From a virus: 64,000 bases of DNA. This document shows, in pieces, positions 9,001 to 18,217 of the stretch (the stretch's first letter is position 1; every line of letters starts with the position of its first letter). The translations under genes and the position numbers were made by a program. The stretch is from the IMG/VR virus record IMGVR_UViG_3300045988_136451; one strand, 5' to 3'. Below the pieces are notes generated by a model. It saw only the letters and a list, made by a program, of their open reading frames with translations, was not told the origin of the DNA and made no database searches.

Positions 9001-10469
9001 CCGTCCGGCAGCGTCTTGTAGTAGGGCGCTTCGAGGCGCGTGAAGACGAGGCGGAAGCCGTAGGCCGTCGCGAGGTTGAAGCGGAACGTAACCGTCGCCA
9101 TGTCGCCCGTCACCGAAGCGCCGCCCCACGAGCGCGAGGTGTAGGACAGCGGCGTGCCAAGCTCGTTGGTGAGCCGAAGCCACGTTCCGGCCTCCTCGTC
9201 CACGAGGACGTACGGGACGATCTCCACGGGCTTCTTCGACACCTCGAACTCCAAGCGGTTCACCGGCACGCCCTTCTGAAGGCGAACCTCGAACCACTCG
9301 TGCGGCCTGTCCGCCGGATAGGCCTCGTCGCTCGACCAGATGCGCGAGCTGCGCGCGTCCTCGCTGAACTGGCGCTGCACGACGAGGATGTACTCGACGG
9401 GGTACGACCAGTCCACCATGCCGTCGGAGCCGTAGTACGAAGCGCTGTAAAGGCGGCTCGCAACGTCGGACACGGCGTTCGCCGCCTTCTGCAAGTCCGT
9501 CCGCTCCGACGTGCCGAGCGACCTGAACGCCGCCGCATGGCGCACGTCGTACGCCCCTATGTGCTCCGTCGATGCCGTCGCGTCCTCGATGGTGTAGGTG
9601 AAGTCGAACGTCTCCTCCTGATGGTTCACGAGGGCCTGCGTGGGGGCCTCGCGCCGCTCGTTGGGGGAGACCCACAGGTTCAGGTCGTCGTCAACGTCGT
9701 ACTCCCAGTCGGGCCGCCCCGTGACGTAGCGCTTGATCTGCCACAGGGAGCTTGACGCGAAGACATCTGCCACGGGCACGTCGGAATCGGGCCTCGTCTC
9801 CAAGATGAGGCTGTTGAAGAACTCGTCGCGCTGCACGACGGTTATGACCGCATCCTGCGGCCTTATCCTCTTCGTTACCTTGTTGATGTTGTAGCGCTCC
9901 GCCTCGGTCACCTCGTCGGCATCGACGACCACAACGTACTCGTTGTAGTCGGCCTGCGGGTACACGCCGGGCCGAAGGCTCGCCTGATCGCCGTCGTCCA
10001 CGTTGACGCTCTCGTAGAACTTCCACGCTTCGAGAACCTTGCACGGCTTTCCGCACGCCGCCTCCGATGCGAGGCGTATGCCGAAGGCGGTGCCGCCGTA
10101 CTGGAAGGCCGTCACGTACTTGTGGATGCGCGCGCGGTACTTGGCATCCTTCGCGTCGGCCTCGTCCTCCTGCTCCTTCGTGACGAGGCGCGTGCGCGGG
10201 TCGAACGCGTACGATTCGCTTTCCAGCCGCCTGAAGCCGAGCACGCGACCGTAGAACTCGTCGAGGTCGTTGTAGTGCGTCTCGTCGAGGCTCGTCTGCA
10301 AGCGCTTCAGCATGAGGTGGTTGCGCGCGGCCTCGACACCAGCGCCGCCGCAGAGAGCGTCGAGCAGGCGCACCATGTGCGACGAGCGCTTCTTGCTGTA
10401 GACCTCCTCCGGGAGGCCGGAAAGGTACTCCGCCCTGTTCGTCGGGCGCAGCTTGTTCACGCCGCCCAT
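6081..10469 (-). CDS. Large baseplate / tail fibre-associated structural protein, 1462 aa
   Basis: Very long ORF immediately downstream of the baseplate J-like gene. No enzymatic motif recognised. Confidence 0.4.
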   Translation of the reverse strand: MGGVNKLRPTNRAEYLSGLPEEVYSKKRSSHMVRLLDALCGGAGVEAARNHLMLKRLQTSLDETHYNDLDEFYGRVLGFRRLESESYAFDPRTRLVTKEQEDEADAKDAKYRARIHKYVTAFQYGGTAFGIRLASEAACGKPCKVLEAWKFYESVNVDDGDQASLRPGVYPQADYNEYVVVVDADEVTEAERYNINKVTKRIRPQDAVITVVQRDEFFNSLILETRPDSDVPVADVFASSSLWQIKRYVTGRPDWEYDVDDDLNLWVSPNERREAPTQALVNHQEETFDFTYTIEDATASTEHIGAYDVRHAAAFRSLGTSERTDLQKAANAVSDVASRLYSASYYGSDGMVDWSYPVEYILVVQRQFSEDARSSRIWSSDEAYPADRPHEWFEVRLQKGVPVNRLEFEVSKKPVEIVPYVLVDEEAGTWLRLTNELGTPLSYTSRSWGGASVTGDMATVTFRFNLATAYGFRLVFTRLEAPYYKTLPDGALKADDFPFSIDMAGLSLHYDVMDADDFAPAVFSDPFGNKVETEMAVSGPERLHDGMPSTFWCSKPNVTQSALEWLVFDLRDASGNASRVNSMRIDAVYGGCQMNVYSTEDGDWETASWKPYPAVYSLQSADYSLPLRKCTFVKLEFTGLSAIPYTVVSDGIEVEELEYPYEVKHYFEQQPASTYATELYRQLLTTQDSPIYEDRLGVYDAIGTSNIYQEAERQRGIEDIISQSYNPLYLPSLVTPASWRFTDNGAISSVLAENMRYERQLPQSPREPVEGKTVKMRFYEDGRHAYKTVRRERSDELAFVAAIREVSFGLSGLRAAVEPDSEFLAFANDASVIDKNVGFELTRDERMVPSTEEMNSLEFVNMNSAVAFKSFDFAVNQNPPREVFDHPSDMIEEWSGLNAEVESTEFGVSGTVLKMDAPASGPGVNLLKFTKEMPITATANGQDGISMYIASSGKLTDVGEALRLTFGRGANMSVPLAFPGCVQDGETVTLSFEYRGNIDSFGSFYFLQKTAPNVSIASKNPSAMSETEWNRYEWTFSMANANVRTNYQVLLFYGLASYDATKWVEVRKGTLKLESGSKATPYTPAPDDGDEIGIQSQSKLVRSQAIASVQVDVFSVEARTWNLRCKDLSDEEVFNMRYEVEGGKWTTIGTVFTPQTGGMWWSNAYDYRLRIPLSGFVPTGTTVFVPNIDFSILRAQTAPMVRQDLKDFRVIYYNGVECQEIDCDITDNMELWFRVQDEIPAGTKAEGYYDYDLNQFVGAYYVYFGNPNETRAPMRDYHKVFKPLEQPCYEMAVNDPRGTISYEAKKGAHIDDAEASLQIEEAFRIDAGAGFLTFEYIPDEALARVPSGQRGTAEERYIIDYMDESRRFSVYTYEQQLMVRIVEPDGFVNTFADKSPAPFKAGVKSYVLIQWGEQGSEPVHSAPGRIDPNDKNRRSMDVWIDGVQRECINNVYNEAVYDNGVY

Positions 10470-10470
10470 G

Positions 10471-12465
10471 CTACATCCACCCCTGCTGCGTGCGGCTGTA
10501 GAAATGGACGTACTGGACGTAGAAGCATTCGTTGCCCTTCTGCCTGAAGTCGGTCGTGTACTGCGCCTTCTGCGTCTTCCCGTCGCGTTCGTACTCCACG
10601 ATGCCGTACGCGCCGAAGGTGCCGGAGCCGTCGGCCACCTTACCGGCAGCGTCGGCCTGCGTCGAAACCCTCACGTTATCGACACCGGCGACGTTGGCCG
10701 CCACCGTCTCGATGTCGGAGAACTGGATTGTCTGGCCGAACGGAAGCGAGTTGGCCCAGTCTATCACGGCCTTCTCCACCGATGCCTTTATCGCGTCCCG
10801 CGTGTACACGCTGAACATGAGCGTGAGGTGAACGCCGTACCTGCGTCGGCGCACCTCGTGAACCAGCGTGTTGGCCGTGACCACGCTCTGCTTCCCCACG
10901 AGCTTCTGCACCTCGGAGGGCACCGTGTTGTAGACGAACGGGATGTTCAGCGGTGTCTCGTTGGTCAAGCTGATGTTCGTGCCAGCCGGAACGAAACTGT
11001 TCTTATCGCCGCTGTAGGTGCCCATAAGCTCCACAGCGTCCATGGCGCGCGAGCTGCCGTCTCGGTTCGCGTAGCCGGAATCGTACAGCATGCGGAACTG
11101 CTTGCCTTCTTGCAGGATGATGTCCGCGCCGACGTTTATCATGCCGTTGTAAGAGCGCATGACGGGCTGGTAGGACAGGGGTATGTACAGATTGTTCTCG
11201 GTCGGCATCGTCCCGTCGTCGTGCCGCCAGTTCCCACGGTTCTGCGCCGTGACGAGCTTGTTGAAGTCGATGAACTGAAGGTCGGCGACCGTCTGCCCGC
11301 TCTCGCCGTCCACGAACACCTCGACCGTCTTGATGCCGCCACGGTTCAGGTTGGACAGGTAGTCGTACTCGATGGTGATGAAGTCGCCGATGCTCGCCGC
11401 CTTGTAGACGTAGGACACCAGAACGGTCTGGCCCACGTAGTCGGCGGGGAACGAGGACGTTATCGTGATCTGGTTCCCGGACACCGTGAAGCCCGTCGTG
11501 ATCGGCGTAACGCCGTCGTTCGACGTGATGCCGGACACGCGCAGGACGTTGGGCTGCGAAAGCGAGTAGGAGTTGCCCCGCATGACGGGGCCGATAAGCT
11601 CGGTCGTCGCCACGTCGTGGAAGGTTATCACGGCGTTCTCCGCGTCAACGTCGTACTCGCCGCGAGAGTACAGCTTGTCGGTGTCCGCGTTGCGCACCCA
11701 GAAGCGGTTCTGCACATCGAGCATTTCGGCAACCTCGTCGATTGAGTACGTCGCCGTGTAGTTGCTCTGGACTGCCACCGTCTCCGTCCACGTGCTCTCC
11801 TGCCCGATGACCGATGCGCGGCTGTCGGCGGCATGCGCGAGCGCGAGGCCCAAGTACTGGTCTACGGTGCCGAACTCGCCACGGAATATCGTGTTCACGA
11901 TTCGGGTGCGGAACTCCGCGTCCGTCTCCAAGTCGCGCCCGCCGGTCATGGGGAGGTCGTTCGTCACGCCGAAGTAGCCGGTGTAGCTCACGGAGTACGT
12001 GACGGTGTTGGCCGCGACGTTCGCCGCGCTGCCAGCGACGGTGGCGACCACGGGTATCTCCGCCTTGGTGACCCCCTTCGCCATCTCCTGATAGCTCGTC
12101 GTCTGGAAGTACACGGCGGCCTGCGTCGCGGTCGCGGGCTTGTAGAACTGCGCGCCGTAGGCTATCGCCTGCACGCTGTCGGCGTTGTCGCGCGTGATGG
12201 AGATTGTGCCGCTCGCCGCCTGCGCCTGCTGGCGCGCGAAGCCGAACATCGCGCCGAAAGCGTCAAGCTCGGAGCCGCTGTAGGAATCGACCGACCACAG
12301 GGTGGTCGTTGTGTTCTCGTCAACCACGAGGCTCGCGAGCTGCGATGCCACGGCGGTGATGATCTTGCGCGTCGGAGTGCCGAGCGTCGTGCTCAACGTG
12401 GGGTCTACCGTCGCGAGCTGGTTTATGATGCTGGCCTCGAATTGCGCCTGCGTTTGTGCTGCCAT
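10471..12465 (-). CDS. Baseplate J-like (gp47/XkdT-like) baseplate wedge protein
   Basis: 664 aa. N-terminal MAAQTQAQFEASIINQLATVDPTL...TRKII resembles the baseplate-J family. Sits directly after a gp25-like gene, the conserved contractile-tail order. RBS aaggagaagg. Confidence 0.5.
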   Translation of the reverse strand: MAAQTQAQFEASIINQLATVDPTLSTTLGTPTRKIITAVASQLASLVVDENTTTTLWSVDSYSGSELDAFGAMFGFARQQAQAASGTISITRDNADSVQAIAYGAQFYKPATATQAAVYFQTTSYQEMAKGVTKAEIPVVATVAGSAANVAANTVTYSVSYTGYFGVTNDLPMTGGRDLETDAEFRTRIVNTIFRGEFGTVDQYLGLALAHAADSRASVIGQESTWTETVAVQSNYTATYSIDEVAEMLDVQNRFWVRNADTDKLYSRGEYDVDAENAVITFHDVATTELIGPVMRGNSYSLSQPNVLRVSGITSNDGVTPITTGFTVSGNQITITSSFPADYVGQTVLVSYVYKAASIGDFITIEYDYLSNLNRGGIKTVEVFVDGESGQTVADLQFIDFNKLVTAQNRGNWRHDDGTMPTENNLYIPLSYQPVMRSYNGMINVGADIILQEGKQFRMLYDSGYANRDGSSRAMDAVELMGTYSGDKNSFVPAGTNISLTNETPLNIPFVYNTVPSEVQKLVGKQSVVTANTLVHEVRRRRYGVHLTLMFSVYTRDAIKASVEKAVIDWANSLPFGQTIQFSDIETVAANVAGVDNVRVSTQADAAGKVADGSGTFGAYGIVEYERDGKTQKAQYTTDFRQKGNECFYVQYVHFYSRTQQGWM

Positions 12466-12474
12466 GCCTTCTCC

Positions 12475-12912
12475 TTAGAGCGTCTGCGCGACGGAGACCT
12501 GCGTGGCCGCCGCCGTGCTCACGATGACGAGGACGTTCACGTTCGTGCCGGTCGCGCTGACCGTTATGCTGTTGAGGGTGGAAACTATGTCGTCGTCCGT
12601 CCAGACCTGTAGGAACTCGTTGTCCGAGAGGCGCTGCTTGTCCCTTGCGATCTGCTCGTTCTGGGCCGCTATGTAGTTCGTCACGACGCGGTTGACCTCC
12701 GAGCGGATGGCCGTCAGGTTGTCGTCGAACGCGGGTGCCCCTATGTAGTTCCAGAGGTCGGAGCCGAACTTGGGGTAGACGGCATCCGTGCCGATAGGTT
12801 CGAGCAGCCAAAGCGCCATCTCCTGCTGGATGCGCGCGGCCCCCTCGACCATCACGGGCTTGCCGTCCCCTCCTATGACTATATCGCCATCCGCGACCTT
12901 GATACACTTCAT
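12475..12912 (-). CDS. Baseplate wedge gp25/W-like protein, 145 aa
   Basis: Size and position (directly upstream of baseplate J). Motif DGDIVIGGDGKPVMVEG...PIGTDAVYPKFGSDL resembles the GPW/gp25 family. Confidence 0.4.
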   Translation of the reverse strand: MKCIKVADGDIVIGGDGKPVMVEGAARIQQEMALWLLEPIGTDAVYPKFGSDLWNYIGAPAFDDNLTAIRSEVNRVVTNYIAAQNEQIARDKQRLSDNEFLQVWTDDDIVSTLNSITVSATGTNVNVLVIVSTAAATQVSVAQTL

Positions 12913-12980
12913 GCGGTCGTCTCCTTACCCTAGTCGTCTTACGGACATTCTAGCAGCAAGGGCGGTCGGCGGCGACGGCC

Positions 12981-14864
12981 TTACGCGTCGCGGGAAACGG
13001 AGAACACGAACAGCTCGCTCGCAAGCTCGGTGAGCATGCTTTCCGCGAGAACGTCTATCCCCATGTACACGTGCCTGTCGCGGACGAGGACGGGTGCGTT
13101 CACGACCACATTGACAATGTTTTCAGCGCTCTGCACCTGATCGTAGCCCGTCGCCCTCCCCTTTCCCATGACGGTGAGCAGCCCGGTTGCCCCAAGCCCT
13201 ATGTAGAACGAGCGGTCGTAGTCCGAAACCAAGCCGCCGTCGAGCGTGACCGAGTAGATGTACTCGCGGATGTTCGCTGCGCTCTCGCCGAACAGGCCGA
13301 CGAACGGGTACGGTCGCATCTCCACGGTGTCGTCCACGTAGTATCCGCACCGACCGACGAGGCAGACGTACTTCCCGCCGCTCTCGATTATTTTATCGAC
13401 AACCGCAATCGCGTCGGCCTCCATGTTCGACACCATGAACAGGCATGTGGCGGCGTTCCGGCTGTACTTGTCCTCATGCTTCAGATCGTCATCGAAGAGA
13501 ACCCTCATGCGGTTGCTCGTCTTGTCGATCATGAGCGATGCCATGGAGTACCACGCCTCCATGTACGACACGTTGGCCTCGGTCTGCCAGTTCGCCGCCT
13601 GAAGCGAGCGCATGGACAGCGCCATGCCGTTGTAATCGGAGGCGTTGCGCTCCGATATGCGGTACTTGTCCATCGCGGCCCACAGCTCGATCACCTTCTC
13701 GTCCGATAGAAGGCGGTAGTCGGAGTAGTCGCCCACGACGACCTGCGAGGCGTTGTACTTCGCGAGCACGGAGAACATTCCGTCGGGCTGCGTTATGTCG
13801 GGCACGTCGAGCACGAATACCGGCTTGCACGCCTCCCCGATGCGGCAGCACACGGCGGTCAACGCCTCGAAGCTGCGAAGCTCGCTCTGCTCGTCGGTGC
13901 TCTTCTGGTACTTCATGGGCATGCCCGCATAGGCCCAGCCGTACGTGCCGAAGTCGGACGCTATGCCGCTCCTCGCATACCCGGCACCGTCGGAATCGAC
14001 TAGGCAGTAGGCGTAGTCGGGAACTATTGCCGTGAGGGCCGTCTGCCCTATCTTGGACTTGATCGAGACGCACAGCGCGCGCTGCTCCTCCGCGAGGAAC
14101 GAGCGCCACAGCAGGTAGTCGTCGTCCACCCCGTTGATGACGTAGCGGTCGCTGGGCATGACGCGGTTCCGCTCGTAGAAGTTCCTGTCAGCCGTCGCGT
14201 TGCGGTCGTATCGCAGACCGGCAAGCCCGATGCCGTCGAGGCAGTACCCGTACACGTCGGTTCCGTGCATCGTGCGCAGCTCGTCGATGAGGGCGGTGAG
14301 CGCGTCCTTCGCCCCGGACGGCGAAAACATGCGCGAGTACTCGCCCGTGCTCGACCTCTGCTGGTACGGATGGAAGTCGGGGTTCGTCGTGTCGCTCCAC
14401 AACTCTGACGACACGGCGCACGTCACGGCCACGTTGCGGTGCCTGAAACGGTCGAGCAGCTGCTTCAGAACCGGGTTCTTGCCCAGCCCGTAATCGGCGG
14501 CGACCTCGCTGTCCCAGTAAACCATGCCGTCCTTTGCGACGGTCAGAAGCACCTCGTCGAAGCCTGCGGACGCTATGTCCTCGACCACGACCCGCTCCTT
14601 GCCCACGCAGTCCGCCGCGTTCAGGCGGATGGCGTACCGCATCACGTTCGTCTCGCCGTTGGTGACGCGGTTCCACAGCTTCCACTTGTTCGAGGCGATG
14701 CGCTGGATGAGCCACACTTCGTTGACCTTCGGCGGCTGGTCGAAGCCCGACAGGTCGAACGATATGGTGAGCTTGCCGGTCTGCGTCATGCATGTTATTC
14801 CGTCGCTGCCAACGTTGGTTATCATCGCGGGCAGCATCTCGTTCTTGTTCATGTTCCTCTGCAT
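12981..14864 (-). CDS. Tail/baseplate-associated protein, 627 aa, possibly glycoside-hydrolase-like (GHL10/DUF187-like TIM barrel)
   Basis: YGYCLDGIGLAGLRYD resembles the G-x-hLDyIRYP signature of glycoside-hydrolase-like family 10. Weak call. Confidence 0.3.
   Translation of the reverse strand: MQRNMNKNEMLPAMITNVGSDGITCMTQTGKLTISFDLSGFDQPPKVNEVWLIQRIASNKWKLWNRVTNGETNVMRYAIRLNAADCVGKERVVVEDIASAGFDEVLLTVAKDGMVYWDSEVAADYGLGKNPVLKQLLDRFRHRNVAVTCAVSSELWSDTTNPDFHPYQQRSSTGEYSRMFSPSGAKDALTALIDELRTMHGTDVYGYCLDGIGLAGLRYDRNATADRNFYERNRVMPSDRYVINGVDDDYLLWRSFLAEEQRALCVSIKSKIGQTALTAIVPDYAYCLVDSDGAGYARSGIASDFGTYGWAYAGMPMKYQKSTDEQSELRSFEALTAVCCRIGEACKPVFVLDVPDITQPDGMFSVLAKYNASQVVVGDYSDYRLLSDEKVIELWAAMDKYRISERNASDYNGMALSMRSLQAANWQTEANVSYMEAWYSMASLMIDKTSNRMRVLFDDDLKHEDKYSRNAATCLFMVSNMEADAIAVVDKIIESGGKYVCLVGRCGYYVDDTVEMRPYPFVGLFGESAANIREYIYSVTLDGGLVSDYDRSFYIGLGATGLLTVMGKGRATGYDQVQSAENIVNVVVNAPVLVRDRHVYMGIDVLAESMLTELASELFVFSVSRDA
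13384..13399. repeat. Copy of the AT-rich motif TCGATTATTTTATCGA (inside a coding region)
   Basis: One of six copies of TCGAT-TA(A/T)(A/T)T(A/T)A-TCGA. Encodes DKIIE here. Confidence 0.5.
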
Positions 14865-14865
14865 G

Positions 14866-16284
14866 TCACTTCTCCCACGAGACCATGCCGGGGAACCGAG
14901 TGTCGCCCTTCTCGCACTGCGGGCACACGAGCGTCACGCTCGTGCTGTACTGGCCCGCGTTCGGGCCTCCGCTGTGCTGCACGTTGGTGACGTACCCGGA
15001 AAGCCCCAAGCTCTTCACCTTCACGCGCATGCCGGGCCAGATGTTCGGCATCCACGTTATCTGCAAGCTCATCTGGTACTGGTTGGCCCAGTTTCGCATG
15101 AACTCGTACAGCGCGTAAAGGAACGGGAGGATGTACTGCGGGTTCGCGTCCGTCCCTCCGCTCGTCCCGCTGTCGTTCGGCTTCTCGATGACGTGCTGAA
15201 GCTGCTTCTTGGCGGGCCTCGCCCCGTAGCGGCGGTACAGCTCGCGCGGCGTGAACCGCCACTCCTCGCCCTCCGGTATGTTGATGAGCTTCTTCAGCAG
15301 CTCGCTCGGCTCGTTCGATATGGCGTTCTCCCCGACATCGTTCAAAACGCCCGACGACAAGGCGGCTGTGTTGCTCTCGATGGACACCACGCCCTGCGTG
15401 AGCGCCCATTGCATGTCGGAGGTCTGGCCGCTGCTTGTGAGGTACTGCCCGCCGGTGTTCACGCCTGCGCAGAACTGATGGCTCACGAACGTGTCGTCGG
15501 ACTGGGTTATCTTCAGGTCGATCAGCTCGATGTCGTCGAGCAGAAGGCACGGCGTGTTGCCAGAAACGCCCCAGTAGTCGGGATACCACGCCATGAAGGT
15601 ACCGTCCGGCCCGGCCATCACCGTGCGCATGGACGAGTTGAATATGTCCTTGACCGTGTTCCACACCGGCTCGTCGTTCGCCAGCGCGCGCTCGCCGACG
15701 AGCAGCTGGGATGCCGCCGCGTTCATCGTGTCGCCGAAGCTCGATGCGAAGAACCACGCCGTCGAGGCGAGGGAGCCTGACGAGGAGTTCGCCCCTCCGC
15801 CCTGCGCCTCGGCCTCCTCGGTGCTGTCAGCATCGCCGCCGTACTCGCTCGCCGTTATTCCGTCCTTGCTCTGAACGTACCTCGGCGTAACAAACAAGAA
15901 GCCGCCGCTGTCGTACACGTTCACCGACAAGTTGTACTTCAGGGCATAGGACGATATTGCGTTGACGGCGTTCAACTTGGTTCGCTCGCCAACGTCGATA
16001 AGGGAGAACTCCCATGCAAGCCCGTAGCCGAAATAATGTATGTACTGCAAGAACTTGACGTTGCCGTCCTCGGCCCACCTCTCGGCGCTCTCCTTTGACA
16101 CGTAGCCTGAATAGCCGAAGTCTATGGTAAGCCCGTTGTAGTTCTTTTCGAGGTCTGCCGCAAACAGGCGACACGCCGCCTCGAACGCGCCTTGGAGGCC
16201 GTTCGTGCCCTCTCCGCGCGTTTCGGCCTCGTTAACCCCCGCGTACTTGTCGTCGTCGGTTGGCACGAAGTACTTCCCTAGCAT
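14866..16284 (-). CDS. Baseplate-associated structural protein (about 472 aa from MLGKYFVPTDDDKY)
   Basis: RBS ggaggatagg before the ATG. Located between the hub-lysozyme paralog and the 627 aa protein. Confidence 0.35.
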   Translation of the reverse strand: MLGKYFVPTDDDKYAGVNEAETRGEGTNGLQGAFEAACRLFAADLEKNYNGLTIDFGYSGYVSKESAERWAEDGNVKFLQYIHYFGYGLAWEFSLIDVGERTKLNAVNAISSYALKYNLSVNVYDSGGFLFVTPRYVQSKDGITASEYGGDADSTEEAEAQGGGANSSSGSLASTAWFFASSFGDTMNAAASQLLVGERALANDEPVWNTVKDIFNSSMRTVMAGPDGTFMAWYPDYWGVSGNTPCLLLDDIELIDLKITQSDDTFVSHQFCAGVNTGGQYLTSSGQTSDMQWALTQGVVSIESNTAALSSGVLNDVGENAISNEPSELLKKLINIPEGEEWRFTPRELYRRYGARPAKKQLQHVIEKPNDSGTSGGTDANPQYILPFLYALYEFMRNWANQYQMSLQITWMPNIWPGMRVKVKSLGLSGYVTNVQHSGGPNAGQYSTSVTLVCPQCEKGDTRFPGMVSWEK

Positions 16285-16285
16285 C

Positions 16286-17431
16286 CTATCCTCCGAACTG
16301 GTCGTACGCCGACCGGGCATATGCGATGCGCTTCTCCATCATGGGGACGGAACCGCGCGTGTACACCCGCTCGAACGCCTCCGTTGCCCATGGCAGATCG
16401 GTGATCGCCTTGAACTGGTCGAACGTCATCTTCTCCGCTATCCACGCCTGCGCGCCGTTCGGATACGTGTAAACTCCGTTGCCGGTGAAAGCGTCGAACT
16501 GGGCGGGTGCCTCGCTGACGAAGAACAAGAGCTGCGCCTGTATGTCCGTCCATTCGGTGCCGCGCTCCGACGCGAAGGCGCACAGGTCGCTGAACCGGCC
16601 AGAACCGGCCTCCCACTGAAGCAGCCCGCGTCCGGGGCCTCCGCCTCCTTGGCACGCCGCCGGGTCTACGCCGCTCTCCTGCTGCATGTTCCCGATCACG
16701 CCAGCCGCCGCCTGCTTGCTGAAGCCTTGGCTCATGCAGAAGTTCCACACCACCTCCGCGTTGCTGTTGCCGCTGAAGTCGGCAGCGCCGCCGGACGACG
16801 AGCCTCCGCTTGCGCCGCCTATGGTCGGCCCCGACGTTTGGAGCATCGCGTAAATCTGCGCCACCATGTCCGCGCCTTGGGTGTCCGATAGCTTCGCTTG
16901 GTACATGGATGTCGCCCACTCGATCACGTCGCTCGGTATCTGGCCCACGCTGATCTTCGACGCGGGCCAGTCCGCGACCGCTTGGAGCACCTTGACCCCG
17001 CTCTTCCAATAGCCGCCGTCCTGCTCCGCATCGTCCTGTCCACGGTAGACGAGCCAGAAGCTCTCCTCCAAGCCCGCGTCCCAGTAGAGCTTCTGCAAGC
17101 GGTACAGGACATCGCGCCCCCTTATCTCAACCTCGTCGGTGTTGAGGTTGTAGTAAGGGGCCTTCGTGACGTAGCCCGCGAGGACTTGGTAGCGGTCGGC
17201 CTTGGAGAGGTATATGGCTATCTTGTCCATGGGCATGAGAAGCCCGGTGTACTTCTTCCCCTCGTTCTTCAGATGCAGGATGAAGTCGCTCGAATCGTCC
17301 GTCTTCAGGTTGACGGTGAACCGCGTGATGTCGTCCGAGAGGTCGTACGCGGTCGTCCTCCCGTCGCGCGTCAGCGACACGTTGGCCTCGACCATGGGGG
17401 TGTATGTAAGGATAGCCGTCATGGCTGACAT
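16286..17431 (-). CDS. Tail-associated lysin paralog 3: shared N-terminal module plus phage tail lysozyme-like domain
   Basis: N-terminus MSAMTAILTYTPMV is paralogous to 22452..23552 and 21364..22455. After a Gly/Ser linker comes AAGVIGNMQQESGVDP...GRGLLQWE, the G-N-x3-ESG lysozyme-like signature. Confidence 0.5.
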   Translation of the reverse strand: MSAMTAILTYTPMVEANVSLTRDGRTTAYDLSDDITRFTVNLKTDDSSDFILHLKNEGKKYTGLLMPMDKIAIYLSKADRYQVLAGYVTKAPYYNLNTDEVEIRGRDVLYRLQKLYWDAGLEESFWLVYRGQDDAEQDGGYWKSGVKVLQAVADWPASKISVGQIPSDVIEWATSMYQAKLSDTQGADMVAQIYAMLQTSGPTIGGASGGSSSGGAADFSGNSNAEVVWNFCMSQGFSKQAAAGVIGNMQQESGVDPAACQGGGGPGRGLLQWEAGSGRFSDLCAFASERGTEWTDIQAQLLFFVSEAPAQFDAFTGNGVYTYPNGAQAWIAEKMTFDQFKAITDLPWATEAFERVYTRGSVPMMEKRIAYARSAYDQFGG

Positions 17432-17472
17432 TCTACCATTCGCGGCGCTCCCCCTCCATGCAGCTCGGCACC

Positions 17473-17488
17473 TCGATTATTTTATCGA
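17473..17488. repeat. Copy of TCGATTATTTTATCGA (overlaps the stop of the C39 peptidase gene; about 45 bp upstream of the lysin-paralog-3 start)
   Basis: Identical 16-mer, read in a different frame from the other coding copies. Confidence 0.5.
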
Positions 17489-18184
17489 GCGGAGACTGTA
17501 GAAGTAGAGCCACTGCGTGGCGTTAAGCTCCTCATCGGAATAAGGGCGCTGCGAGTTGTCGCCGCTCTTGGGGTCGCGGACGCGAACGTCGCCGTCGAAG
17601 CTCTGCCACAGCAGCACGACGTGGCCGCCGTAGCAGTTGCCCTGCCCGCCGAGCTGCCCGGTCATACCTGCGAACACCACCGCGCCGTCCGCGCACTCCG
17701 CCAGCGCCTCGTCGAGCGTCCAGTAGATTTCGGAGCCGTCGAGGCCGTAAGCCTCCTCCGCGTACGCGCAGAACTTGCCGGGGTCGTTGACCCCATCGGT
17801 CAGGCACGTGTCGCCAACGACCGCCGCGAGGTCGCGCGGGTAGGTGATCTGGTTCGTAAGGTACTCTATCGCCATGGCGGCGCACACGAGGCCGCACCCG
17901 GCCTGCGAGATCGACGAGCCTGCGTACTCGATTCCTCCCCACTGCGGGTCGTCCTGAAGGTACAGCGGCATGTTGTAGCCCGTCGGTATGGCCCTCTGGG
18001 CCTCTGTGGCGGGCGCTGGGAGGTCGTTAGCGTCGAAGTCGAGATAGGGTTCATCTTCGAGCCAAACGGGGGTTCTGGGAGGCTCTGCGTCCGTCTGTGG
18101 CACATCGGAGAAAACCGAATAGCCGATGATCGCCGCGAACAGCGCGGCGACCGCCAGACATTTTATGTAGCCGTTTCGTCTCAT
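17477..18184 (-). CDS. Membrane-anchored C39-like cysteine peptidase (candidate endolysin / cell-wall peptidase)
   Basis: N-terminal hydrophobic segment CLAVAALFAAIIGY. QDDPQWGG...SISQAGCGLVCAAMAIEYL (C39_2-like Cys motif) and downstream GGHVVLL His. Confidence 0.5.
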   Translation of the reverse strand: MRRNGYIKCLAVAALFAAIIGYSVFSDVPQTDAEPPRTPVWLEDEPYLDFDANDLPAPATEAQRAIPTGYNMPLYLQDDPQWGGIEYAGSSISQAGCGLVCAAMAIEYLTNQITYPRDLAAVVGDTCLTDGVNDPGKFCAYAEEAYGLDGSEIYWTLDEALAECADGAVVFAGMTGQLGGQGNCYGGHVVLLWQSFDGDVRVRDPKSGDNSQRPYSDEELNATQWLYFYSLRSIK

Positions 18185-18217
18185 GGCCGATGATTATACC
18201 CCAGCGGGAGCCAAGCG

